Virus record (IMG/VR): IMGVR_UViG_641509434_000001
Span: 15,233 to 79,232 of that record
Origin: a virus
Taxonomy: Duplodnaviria > Caudoviricetes
Strand: one strand, 5' to 3'
DNA length: 64,000 nucleotides
A program made the translations under genes and the position numbers. This document shows, piece by piece, positions 38,679 through 48,183 of this stretch. Below the pieces are notes generated by a model. The model was not told the DNA's origin. It worked only from the letters and a program-made list of their open reading frames with translations, and searched no databases. Position 1 is the stretch's first letter; each line of letters opens with the position of its first letter.

Positions 38679-39196
38679 GAATACTAGCACTAGACTATTC
38701 TTCTGCTAGTACTGGCTTTTGCTGGTATGATACAGAGGATGGCACACTAATTCTAGACAGCATAGTACCAGAAGAAGAAAGTAAAGCTGATAGAATACAA
38801 AACATAACATATAAGCTACTACGGTTACCCACTCCAGATTATATGGTGGTCGAAGAAGTAAAATCTATGATCAATGCTGATACGCTAAGAACCTTATTGC
38901 GTGGAGTTGGGTATACTATAGGACAGCTTAATGTATGTTACAGAGACGTCGAATTTGTGGGGCCAGGACAATGGCGTAAGTCTGCCTGGGGTAAATCTCC
39001 TAGAAAAAGAGACGATGCCAAACAATTAGCAATGGATATGTTGTGGGACTGGTGTATACCTTACAGTAATGATGATGAAGCAGAGGCTTTAGGTATCATG
39101 CTATACTACATTAAGCATAACTACAAAGAGCACTATGATTACTTCATGGATGCTGAAAATTACAAATTTGCAATAGAGGATGTATATGAAACATAG
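38675..39196 (+). CDS. RuvC-like Holliday junction resolvase
   Basis: MRILALDYSSASTGF, VVEE, PGQWRK, NDDEAEALGI. Confidence 0.85.
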   Translation: MRILALDYSSASTGFCWYDTEDGTLILDSIVPEEESKADRIQNITYKLLRLPTPDYMVVEEVKSMINADTLRTLLRGVGYTIGQLNVCYRDVEFVGPGQWRKSAWGKSPRKRDDAKQLAMDMLWDWCIPYSNDDEAEALGIMLYYIKHNYKEHYDYFMDAENYKFAIEDVYET

Positions 39197-39631
39197 ACTA
39201 ATTAAAGACATTGAAGTAGTCAATAAAGGCGAAGATGTCAAGGTCACAATTACTAAGACCAAAGAACACCACTTATCTAATGAAGAAGAGGTACAAACTT
39301 CATACACAGTCAACCGTGAAAAGTTGAAACAAATACTTGAAGAGCTTATTCTTTAAGTGAAATATAGGAGGAATAAAATGATTGCAGTATTTGAAGATTG
39401 GCGTTCAGACTCAGAGTATTTATACATATCAAAATATGGCTTAGATACATTAAATAGAGTTTTCATTGAACTTTCATCTCAAAAATCAATGGCTATTCCT
39501 TTTACATCGAACAACATTATCTTATGGCTAATAGATGAAGTTGATATCTTGTGTATTAGAGCTGGAGGTAGATACTTGAATCTACAAGCAAGAACTCTTT
39601 TACATGATTATAAACTTTAACTATTTAAAGT

Positions 39632-39691
39632 GAGATACAATAGTTACTAATACTATAGATTAGTTGAGATACAAAAGTTACTAATACTATA
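39632..39691 (+). promoter_or_regulatory. tandem pair of putative phage RNAP promoters (39632-39657, 39666-39691)
   Basis: Two copies of GAGATACAAWAGTTACTAATACTATA upstream of the replication operon. Confidence 0.75.
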
Positions 39692-39722
39692 GATAAATTC
39701 TATAAGTTTTAAGGAGAGAAAC

Positions 39723-40049
39723 ATGAAACCAACAATGAGTCCATTTGAACCAAAAGTATTGACATTAGATGATGTTCTAAATGAACATGATAAAGAAGTT
39801 AATAAAGAAAAAGTAGGTACAACCATTGATAAAATTATGGTTGTTATTGGTGGAAGTGCTACACTCTATTTCTATCCAAACAATATCTACCTTCACTTCC
39901 TTCGTTCTAAAGCTGACCGTATTGAAAAAGATGACTTGGAACGTAAACATTACTTTGGCGGTAAATACTACAAATTTACTAAAGTTGAAGAATATGAAAA
40001 AGATAATAATATCTGGGTTAAAATCATAATGAAAGAAGTGGCTAACTAA
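39723..40049 (+). CDS. hypothetical protein
   Basis: AAGGAG RBS; first gene after the tandem promoters. Confidence 0.65.
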   Translation: MKPTMSPFEPKVLTLDDVLNEHDKEVNKEKVGTTIDKIMVVIGGSATLYFYPNNIYLHFLRSKADRIEKDDLERKHYFGGKYYKFTKVEEYEKDNNIWVKIIMKEVAN

Positions 40050-40167
40050 TGAAAGAACAATTACAATTAGGCTACTGCAAAGATTGTAAACAAGCAACTT
40101 GTTTATATGGAGATAGTAAGTGTGTAACTTGCCATCGTGAACAAGAAAATGATTTGAGAGGGTTATA

Positions 40168-40878
40168 ATGATTAAAGAAAAAGGCGAAACAACTATTATT
40201 GAAGGTAAATCTTCAACATTTGAATTGATGTACAGTGATGATATGAAATGTCATCTTATTGAAGCATTGGATGATATTCGTGCTAAACATGATTCTATTC
40301 TATCTACTGGTATTAAACTTGTATCAAATCAAACAATCGTCATTATTCCACTTAACCCACATCTTCCAGTAAATATGGGCGTAATTCCAGCAAATCAAAA
40401 GACTGAAATTAGCTTGTTGTTCTCACATGATGCTACTATTATCAAAGGTTCTAAATTCATGATGATGTATGTAGAAGATCAAGACGAACTTACAACTGAA
40501 GATGAATTCAACTCATTTGCTACTGGTAAAGGTTTTGAAATGAAACCAGTTGTTCCTTATGATGTTGATGAAAAAGGCAATATTATTGAGGGAGAGCCTT
40601 CAAATAAAATCTTTACTATTGAGAAATCAACTCGACCAGATGTAAACTTAACAACTCACATTCGTAGACTTAACCCTATCTTCCACATTGTTCCAACGAC
40701 TCGTTCTTGGAATAGTGGCTTCCAATTTAACGTAAGCGTTGAAGAACTTGCTATTAATCATAAAGATTATATTCGCTTTAGCTCAAATGAAGCATTGGAA
40801 ACAGCAGCAGTTATTATTGGTATCTTTGTGCCAACTACAGACGAATGGTCAGAGGTTGAGAATGAAAAAGAAAAATGA
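40168..40878 (+). CDS. hypothetical protein (weak dUTPase-fold resemblance)
   Basis: 236 aa; ILSTGIKL, but canonical dUTPase motifs are absent. Confidence 0.5.
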   Translation: MIKEKGETTIIEGKSSTFELMYSDDMKCHLIEALDDIRAKHDSILSTGIKLVSNQTIVIIPLNPHLPVNMGVIPANQKTEISLLFSHDATIIKGSKFMMMYVEDQDELTTEDEFNSFATGKGFEMKPVVPYDVDEKGNIIEGEPSNKIFTIEKSTRPDVNLTTHIRRLNPIFHIVPTTRSWNSGFQFNVSVEELAINHKDYIRFSSNEALETAAVIIGIFVPTTDEWSEVENEKEK

Positions 40879-41479
40879 TCTTAAACCAGATAAAGATATT
40901 CATATTATGATGGACGTTGAAACAACTTCTAACAATCAGTTTGATACAATGTTGCTACAGATTGCTATGGTTGCTTTTGATTATGAAACAGGTGAGTATA
41001 TTGATACATTTAATGCTATTATTGATACAGACATCTATCCTAAGATGACTTTCAATACAGGTACTTTGAAATTCTGGCTTGAAAATGCAGATGTACTTTT
41101 TAATTTACTTACTAAAGATGAGGAATCTGAAGCAATGTATGTATCAGAACCAGCAATGGTACGTAATGCAGTTACATGGATCCTTGCATTAAAAGAAGAA
41201 TATCGAGGAGTATATCTCTGGGGCAATGGTGAGAACTTTGACAATACAATCTTCCATCACAAGTGCAATGAGTTTAACTTCCCTTATCCAATTGACTATA
41301 ACAAAGACTTGGATGTTCGTACTCACATGAAAACACTTGCTTCTTTACTTGGCAAACAATCTTCAGACTTCAAAGACTTTAGTCTAAATGAAAACTTACA
41401 TAATGCTATTGCTGATTGTAAATTCCAAATTGACTACTTACTAAAAGTACGTAATGAAGTAAGATTACGACTAAAATAG
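40862..41479 (+). CDS. DEDDh 3'-5' exonuclease
   Basis: IMMDVETTS, WGNGENFD, DVRT, HNAIADCKFQ. Confidence 0.85.
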   Translation: MKKKNDLKPDKDIHIMMDVETTSNNQFDTMLLQIAMVAFDYETGEYIDTFNAIIDTDIYPKMTFNTGTLKFWLENADVLFNLLTKDEESEAMYVSEPAMVRNAVTWILALKEEYRGVYLWGNGENFDNTIFHHKCNEFNFPYPIDYNKDLDVRTHMKTLASLLGKQSSDFKDFSLNENLHNAIADCKFQIDYLLKVRNEVRLRLK

Positions 41480-41491
41480 GAAGAAGGAAAC

Positions 41492-43208
41492 ATGAATCTA
41501 TTTAAAGAGCTTAGACATCTATATGGAGGAGAATCAATTGTCTATGTAGGACTGAGAACTGCAAATGGAATGGAAGACTATGCTGTTTACTGGGACACAT
41601 TAGAACAGTTTGCTCAAGACAACAAAGAAGAAGGCGATTGCTATATGACATTCGCTAGATTTGAAACTGTTGAGGGTGGTCGGAAGAAAAGTAATAGTAT
41701 TGGTTCATGGTGTATTGGAGTAGACATTGATGATGCTCCATTACCAGAACAATACAAACCACAATTAGTATGGGAATCAAGTCCAAACAAACTTCAAGGG
41801 AGTTTATATATTTGACCATGAGTTGTCAGTAGAGGATACTGATGAAATAGCTCGAGGTCTTGCTAAATATATGGGCTTTGATGAAAATACCGACGCTATT
41901 CATTTCTTTAGAATACCTGGTTCAATTAATCATAAGTATCCTACAAAACCAGCAGTTGGAGAACCTTACATCACAGATGAGAAACAAGGACTATCTCCAT
42001 ATCGTGTATCAGACTTTGCTAAAATTCGAGTTAAGAAAGAAATTAAGCAATCGTCTGAGAACAAACGAGTTGGTATGGACTTAATTCCATTGTTAGAAGT
42101 GATTGACCCAAATGACTTAGAATATCATGACTGGGTTAAAGTTGGTATGGCTCTTAAACAAGAAGGGTATCAATTTGAAACTTGGGATACTTGGTCACAG
42201 CGCGATGTAAGATATAAGTCAAGTGAGATGCAAGACAAGTGGGATAGCTTCCAAACTGGACAAGGTCTATCTGGTGCTACAATCATCATGATGGCTAAAG
42301 AAAGAGGTTGGGAACCACCTAAAGCTAAAGGTAGTAATAAAGACAAACGTATACAGTCAGAAGAACTTACAGAAAGACCAGCTCTTAAGTTGGAACACAT
42401 TTCATCTATTGATGATGTTCAACCAGAATGGCTTATTGAAGGACTTTGGGGTAAAGGTAATGTTGGCTTTATTGCAGCTGCACCTAAGTCATTTAAATCT
42501 ACATTTGCTTATGACATGGCGATTGCTGTGGCATCAGGTCTGGACTTCTATGGACATAAAGTACATACTCAAGGAAGAGTAGTAATTCTACAACTAGAAA
42601 ATACTAACTTCTATACTAAAGTAGTACTTAAAAGAATGGCAGCAAATCTTGATGACTTACCAATTGATTTAATCACAAGTCGGGTAACTTTAGATAGAAT
42701 TGATGACATTGTAAATATTTGTCCACCAGATACTGTGTTACTTATTATTGACCCATTGTACTTTGCTTGGGGTAAAGGTGACTTACAATCTGAAGACAGT
42801 CGTGTCAAACTTCAGTCTTTAACTGATGCTGTACGTGAACGTGACATTGCATTAATGCTTGTCCATCACACGAAGAAGTCATCAGAAGATGTTTCATCAT
42901 CAGACTTGTATGGTTCACAATTCTTGGTATCTTGGTATGAATCTTTGATTATGCTCAACCGAGTAAAAGATAATTCTAATGCAGTACAAGTCAATGCCTC
43001 CTTCCGGACATTTAGTCCCAAGGTGTACAGGTATGCTGTATATCCGACAGGAATAAATATCTTGTCCGATGTAAGTGGAGGCGTTGCTTCATTTGATGTA
43101 GGAGAAGTAGTCACTCCAGAGATTGCAGCTAGACATCTAGGTCTTACTTATAAAGACAATAAATTGATAACTCAACAAGGAGATATTATCCTTGAATATA
43201 GATCTTAA
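41492..43208 (+). CDS. primase-helicase (RepB-type primase + PriCT-2 + AAA_25), apparent frameshift at GGG 41798-41800
   Basis: GVDID...WESSPNKLQG joins VYIFDHEL...FRIPGSINHKY if one G is removed; YHDWVKVGMALK (PriCT-2); AAPKSFKS Walker A; LLIIDPL; LVHHTKK. Confidence 0.85.
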
Positions 43209-43224
43209 CAGATAAGGAGAGAAA

Positions 43225-43965
43225 TTGAGTTTAGAATTAAAAACACTGGCAGATTCAAATGTCAGAACTATGTCTATTATCTATGGACAACCAGGCACAG
43301 GTAAGACTTACACATTGTCTACATTAAAAGGTAATACTTTACTTATTGATGTCGATTATGGCACAGCAAGTCTACCTAAGAATATGCCAATTTCAGTAGT
43401 ACAACCTGACTCAGTTGAGGAAGTTTTAATGTTCTTGACTAGTCGAGACTTGACAGCATTTGATAATGTCGTATTGGACAACTTGTCACAATTACAAAAC
43501 ATTTTCATGGCTAAGTATTCAGCACCTGAGATTCAACATTGGGGCAAATGTTCTAAATTGCTTATGCGTGTAGTTGATGCTTTAGCACGACTTACATCTA
43601 AGGGAGTAAATGTAATTGTACTTGCTCAAGAGAAGCTTATTAATGAAGACTCACCAGCTAAAATTATGTCTACTTTGAATGTCATGGACTCAGTTCGATC
43701 TTATGTACAGGCACGGTCACAAATTGTGGGGCGTACTTACTTTACTGAGTCAACTGGATATGGCATCTCATTTGCACCAACTCAACATGCAATTACTAAG
43801 TTGTCTGTATATGGAATGGGTGTAAATGAAGTTCATTCATTAGCAGAGATCTTTGACTTGCTTGAACAAAATGGTAATACACAGCCAACTGCAATTCCAG
43901 AAATTCCAGATGCTTACATTACTCCAGAAAGTGAGGCAGCTGAACTTGCTAAAACTAACAATTAG
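43225..43965 (+). CDS. Sak4-like AAA_24 ssDNA-annealing ATPase
   Basis: IYGQPGTGKT, LLIDVDYG, VVLDNLSQL, VIVLAQE. Confidence 0.8.
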   Translation: MSLELKTLADSNVRTMSIIYGQPGTGKTYTLSTLKGNTLLIDVDYGTASLPKNMPISVVQPDSVEEVLMFLTSRDLTAFDNVVLDNLSQLQNIFMAKYSAPEIQHWGKCSKLLMRVVDALARLTSKGVNVIVLAQEKLINEDSPAKIMSTLNVMDSVRSYVQARSQIVGRTYFTESTGYGISFAPTQHAITKLSVYGMGVNEVHSLAEIFDLLEQNGNTQPTAIPEIPDAYITPESEAAELAKTNN

Positions 43966-44983
43966 TGAATTGAAAGATATTTCTGGGAAACTATCAATGT
44001 TCCCAATTAATAAAATGCCAGGACTTCCACCTATCATTGCATTTCATCCAGGTGATGAACTAAGAATTACTACAATTCTAGATGATACTGGTCGTCTTGA
44101 TATTAAGTTTCCAACTATCAAAGAGTCAGTAGACAACATGGTAGGTATTGACTATGGTATCTTTACTAATATTGCAACTGCTTTCAACTCAAATGAAACA
44201 ATTGAAATTGACCGAGACTTAAAAGTTATCTCACAAAAAGGTAAAGTACTATTGTCTCAAGAATTAAAATCAAAAGAAGCTTTAGGTTTCTATGACTTTG
44301 AAGTTAAAGCACCTGATGAAGCTATTAAAATTGAGTTCTCTGAAAAGATTAGATTAGCTATTAAAGACTCATCTCGTCATTTACGTGACCAACCTAATTT
44401 ATTATCTTGTGTCTTTATTGATGCAGATGGTAACTTCTTAAGTATATCATCAACATCATATTGGTATCGTGGAACTCTTGATTATAATACTACTTCAGCT
44501 TATACATCTTTGCTTACTAAACTTTCAATGATTGGTGATTCTTATGTCGATAATGGAGAGACAAGTACAATTGTATGTGGTATGAATTGGCATGCAGCAT
44601 GTCGTAGATATGTAGGTGAACTTCCTCATATTCCAATATCTTATACTGAGAATTTTGAACTACCAGATAGCGAAACACTTATCTTGACTTCACTTACTTT
44701 AGGCGATGTCATTAATAAAGTATCATTACTATTTGATGATCCAAATCTTATGTTATCAACAGATTCAGTAATCTCAGTAAGTGATGAAACAACTAGCTTT
44801 GAGGTTCCAATTGAAACTCAAGGTACTATATCAAAATCTCGTAAAACAGATGTTAAAGCTTATAGTACAATCTTTAAAGAGTCTGACTCAGACAGAATTA
44901 AACTAGTGTTCACGGATAGAGCATTAGTATATGTAAATGAAACAACTAAAACAGTGTACTTCTTTAGACTGATGTATGCATAA
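43946..44983 (+). CDS. DNA sliding clamp (DnaN/beta)-like protein
   Basis: ~345 aa; PNLLSCVFID (cf. RPILTGV) and CRRYVGELP (cf. SRLIEGEFP); replication module. Confidence 0.5.
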   Translation: MLKLTISELKDISGKLSMFPINKMPGLPPIIAFHPGDELRITTILDDTGRLDIKFPTIKESVDNMVGIDYGIFTNIATAFNSNETIEIDRDLKVISQKGKVLLSQELKSKEALGFYDFEVKAPDEAIKIEFSEKIRLAIKDSSRHLRDQPNLLSCVFIDADGNFLSISSTSYWYRGTLDYNTTSAYTSLLTKLSMIGDSYVDNGETSTIVCGMNWHAACRRYVGELPHIPISYTENFELPDSETLILTSLTLGDVINKVSLLFDDPNLMLSTDSVISVSDETTSFEVPIETQGTISKSRKTDVKAYSTIFKESDSDRIKLVFTDRALVYVNETTKTVYFFRLMYA

Positions 44984-45003
44984 ATAATAGGAGAAAAATA
45001 TAA

Positions 45004-45537
45004 ATGGCAATTCTTAACTTTGTAAAACCAGGAACATTCCTTTTGGGAACTATCGTAGCTGTAACTACTGAACAAATAACAATGAAAAAAGGTAAACCAG
45101 GCGAACGTATTGCAGAAAAACTTGTAACAACATTCGTTTCTGATGACGGTGGATCTTACACAGCAGAACACTTCATGTCTGACTTCGATACTATTCAAGC
45201 AACTTATGCTTCAATTGGTATCAACATTGAATCAGATACAGACTCATGGCTCAATACTCGTGCTTCTCTTAAACTTGAAGACCCACGTTTTGGACGTGTC
45301 GAAATCATTGGCCCTGCGGAAGGCTCATCAATGCCTGCAGGTGGTGGATTGTCTACAGCTAATGCAGTAGTACCTCCAACACAAACTCAAGTAGCACCAG
45401 CACAACCAGTTACTCCAGTACAACCAGCAGGTCAACAACAAGTTGCACTAGTACAATCTCAAGTAGCACCAGCTGGACCTTCTACTGAATCTCCATATCC
45501 AGAACAACAAGCAACAACTCTTCCAGGATTGGGGTAA
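45004..45537 (+). CDS. putative single-stranded DNA-binding protein
   Basis: Beta-rich N-terminal half, P/Q/A-rich disordered tail; near the Sak4-like gene. Confidence 0.45.
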   Translation: MAILNFVKPGTFLLGTIVAVTTEQITMKKGKPGERIAEKLVTTFVSDDGGSYTAEHFMSDFDTIQATYASIGINIESDTDSWLNTRASLKLEDPRFGRVEIIGPAEGSSMPAGGGLSTANAVVPPTQTQVAPAQPVTPVQPAGQQQVALVQSQVAPAGPSTESPYPEQQATTLPGLG

Positions 45538-45544
45538 TTAGTAA

Positions 45545-46675
45545 ATGAAACCATTCAGTGTATCAGAAGTAAATACTTACACTGCTAACCCATTCAAGCA
45601 CTTCATTACATACGTAATGGGTATGTGGCCAGAACAGTCCCAAGCTGCGGCTCGGGGCACATCTGTCCATGCATTACTAGAAAAAGTAAGTCAACGATTC
45701 ACTGAAGATTCATTAGAAGTATTTAATGAAATCGCTGAAGAACTTGAATTGGATAAAAAAGCAGAAGACTACGTAACAGTGTTACGTTATCTAAAATATT
45801 ATAGTCATCCAGACACGTCAATCTTTAAGAACTTGTATTCATTACCATGGGCTAACGATTGTGTAAAAGTGGAGACAGAGTTAAAAGTTATTGTACCTAT
45901 GGATGGCTTTACATTCAAAGGCTTCATTGACTTAGTAGTTCATCATGAAGATGGCTCAGTAACTTTGTATGACTATAAAACATTGTCTAACAAACCTAGT
46001 CGAATTGATTATGAAATGGACTATCAAGGGAATATGTACACGATAGCTATGCAAAAGATGGGATATAAAGTCAGAGAATTTATCTTTGATTGTATGAACC
46101 CAAAACTTAAAATTGCATGGAATGGATATCATTTTGAACGTATTAACTTATATCCAGATCAAAACAAATTAATGATTATGGAAAATAGTTTCCGTGACAC
46201 AGTTAAAGAAATTACATCATACCCTAAGTATCACTATAATGGAGGTGGCTGGTATGATTCAAATCAACTTGATGCATTTCATGCATTCTGTGCTGGTACT
46301 GAAGCATTCAAATCATTCTTGTTAGATCATGGTATTGATTACAACAAAGCAATCACAGCAGCAATGGAAAAAGGCTATGCTATTCCATATATCTTAGGTC
46401 CACAAGTAGCTGACTTAGTTCCAGTTTCACGTTTGTCAGACTTAGATAAAGAACAATATGCACATTCAGTTGAGAAGGTAGAAGTATCTTGGAGAGGCTC
46501 AGCTGAAAACATGCCATTTGACAGAATTGTAGCAACAGGAGCAGATTATGTTTATGCTAAAAGCTCTAAAGGAGTTATGGTGTTCACTAAAGATGGAGTT
46601 AAAGTACCATCATTAATTGAAACATTAGCTGAACTTTATGATAGACCTGATGCAATTTACCAATGCGCAATTTAA
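45545..46675 (+). CDS. PD-(D/E)XK nuclease (RecB/Cas4-like)
   Basis: FSVSEV, RGTSVHALLE, FKGFIDLV...LYDYKT, QGNMY. Confidence 0.85.
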   Translation: MKPFSVSEVNTYTANPFKHFITYVMGMWPEQSQAAARGTSVHALLEKVSQRFTEDSLEVFNEIAEELELDKKAEDYVTVLRYLKYYSHPDTSIFKNLYSLPWANDCVKVETELKVIVPMDGFTFKGFIDLVVHHEDGSVTLYDYKTLSNKPSRIDYEMDYQGNMYTIAMQKMGYKVREFIFDCMNPKLKIAWNGYHFERINLYPDQNKLMIMENSFRDTVKEITSYPKYHYNGGGWYDSNQLDAFHAFCAGTEAFKSFLLDHGIDYNKAITAAMEKGYAIPYILGPQVADLVPVSRLSDLDKEQYAHSVEKVEVSWRGSAENMPFDRIVATGADYVYAKSSKGVMVFTKDGVKVPSLIETLAELYDRPDAIYQCAI

Positions 46676-46678
46676 TCT

Positions 46679-46702
46679 AAAACCTCCTTCGGGAGGTTTT
46701 TT
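46679..46702 (+). terminator. rho-independent terminator
   Basis: AAAACCTCC-TTCG-GGAGGTTTTTT. Confidence 0.8.
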
Positions 46703-46715
46703 CGGGAGAGTAGAA

Positions 46716-46994
46716 ATGATAGATAAAACACAAAGTATGAAATACACATCATATAAAAAGGATAAGCTAAAATTATCCATTCTTAAACATGGACAATTAG
46801 TCCCAATCACAGTAGACAAAGCAACCAAAAATATCATTGATGGTCAACTTCGTATGCAGATTCTTGATGAATGTGGAATTGAACCAGTAATCAATTATAT
46901 TGAAACAGACAACTGGGTTGAAGCACGTAAAGAAGTAATCTCTACACAAGGTTACAGTTATATGAATATTGCATGGATGGAGAGCTATGAGTAA
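46716..46994 (+). CDS. stand-alone ParB/Srx-like N-terminal domain protein
   Basis: LSILKHGQLVPITV...IIDGQLR; GGGAGAG RBS before ATG 46716. Confidence 0.75.
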   Translation: MIDKTQSMKYTSYKKDKLKLSILKHGQLVPITVDKATKNIIDGQLRMQILDECGIEPVINYIETDNWVEARKEVISTQGYSYMNIAWMESYE

Positions 46995-47952
46995 TAAAAT
47001 TCTATTGTCAATTATTTCTGGTAAACGTCCAGACAATATGCGACTGACAGAGAAATGGTTAAAGTCTTCTGGACTTTCAGATAAGTATAGAACTATTCTA
47101 TTTTCAAATAATAGTGAAGGCTATAATATTCTTGAAGGTCAAGAGCTTATTGACATTCCTCAGGACTATCGTGATTATTTTGAAGAACAAAACAAACTTG
47201 ATATGTTTGGCATGATGGCACCAATGTCTAGATCTTATTCAGATAAGTGGGCATTAGAAAATGGTTATGATATTAATATTCAACTTGATGATAACATTGG
47301 TAATTTAGGTCTAGTTAATTGCTTTAGTAAAGAACGAGTTAACTCATCTACTAATGATCCAGAAACATTTAAGATTATCTTTGAAGAGTTTATTGCTCGA
47401 GTGGAAGAATTAATTGCAACAGGTGTTTCTAAGGTAGGTTGTGAGTTACCATTACCACCAGTTAAGAAACCACAAGTCAACTTCTCAACATATCCATATT
47501 CTATGTTTGCAAATAACTTACATTTGCCATTCCCAGAATATGTAGGATCAACTGAAGATGACATTACTGATAGTATCAGACGGACACAAATGGGACTACT
47601 TACAGCTAAGATTACATATATCACTTATGCAAAACCATCAGCAGTAGGTAGTAAAGACAATACAGGTTCACGTGCAGCATATGCAGCACTTGATGGACAA
47701 AAACATTCACGTGGTTGGGTTCAAGAAAAATACTTTCCAGAACTTTATTCTAGAGGATATTCTTCAGCACCGACAGGAGCTAGTCATAAAGACTACACAG
47801 TGTTTAAACATTATCTTAAACCTCTACCATCAGTAGAAGAAGTAAGATATATAAAAGATTCAATTGAGTTAGATGAACTAATTCAAAAGGTTAGAGAATG
47901 CAGAACTAAAATCATTAAACGAGAAAGTAAGTTCGATGACTTCGTATTATAA
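46987..47952 (+). CDS. GT2-fold (TAGT/GREB1-like) putative DNA glycosyltransferase 1
   Basis: IISGKRP N-terminus, SRSY, IQLDDNI (DxD-like), YSMFA, TEDD. Confidence 0.65.
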   Translation: MSNKILLSIISGKRPDNMRLTEKWLKSSGLSDKYRTILFSNNSEGYNILEGQELIDIPQDYRDYFEEQNKLDMFGMMAPMSRSYSDKWALENGYDINIQLDDNIGNLGLVNCFSKERVNSSTNDPETFKIIFEEFIARVEELIATGVSKVGCELPLPPVKKPQVNFSTYPYSMFANNLHLPFPEYVGSTEDDITDSIRRTQMGLLTAKITYITYAKPSAVGSKDNTGSRAAYAALDGQKHSRGWVQEKYFPELYSRGYSSAPTGASHKDYTVFKHYLKPLPSVEEVRYIKDSIELDELIQKVRECRTKIIKRESKFDDFVL

Positions 47953-47961
47953 GGAGAGATA

Positions 47962-48183
47962 ATGGGAGACTTATACAAACAACAACGGGATATATTGCTT
48001 CCTCATGTGAAACAAAACTTTCCAAACTCAGTAATTGAACAAGATGACTTCTTTTCTTCTTTGATAAGTAACTATAAAGAAAAGACAGAGTTCACTGTTG
48101 GAACACCTATTGCAACTCCTGATGAAATTACATTGGGCTTAATTGAAAATATAGAAGTTGTGGAGGCAGTGCGTACATTATGA
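47962..48183 (+). CDS. hypothetical protein
   Basis: AAGGAG RBS, 73 aa. Confidence 0.6.
   Translation: MGDLYKQQRDILLPHVKQNFPNSVIEQDDFFSSLISNYKEKTEFTVGTPIATPDEITLGLIENIEVVEAVRTL

Noticed and set aside
39632-39691. Tandem 26-bp repeats as a mini CRISPR array (also 51771-51840)
   Set aside because: The gaps are only 8 and 18 bp, single copies are dispersed upstream of operons, and there are no cas genes; a promoter fits better
40168-40878. dUTPase call
   Set aside because: Only an STGI-like fragment; the five conserved dUTPase motifs are not recognisable
41790-41825. Split primase / helicase as a programmed frameshift
   Set aside because: Removing one G from GGG restores a continuous RepB primase. 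Similar single-base indels occur at about 245, 27170, 30690, 60050 and 61045, mostly in homopolymers, which points to assembly error. Raw reads would settle it.
45545-46675. Cas4-like nuclease as part of a CRISPR system
   Set aside because: Stand-alone PD-(D/E)XK nuclease in a recombination module with Sak4 and SSB; no array or other cas genes
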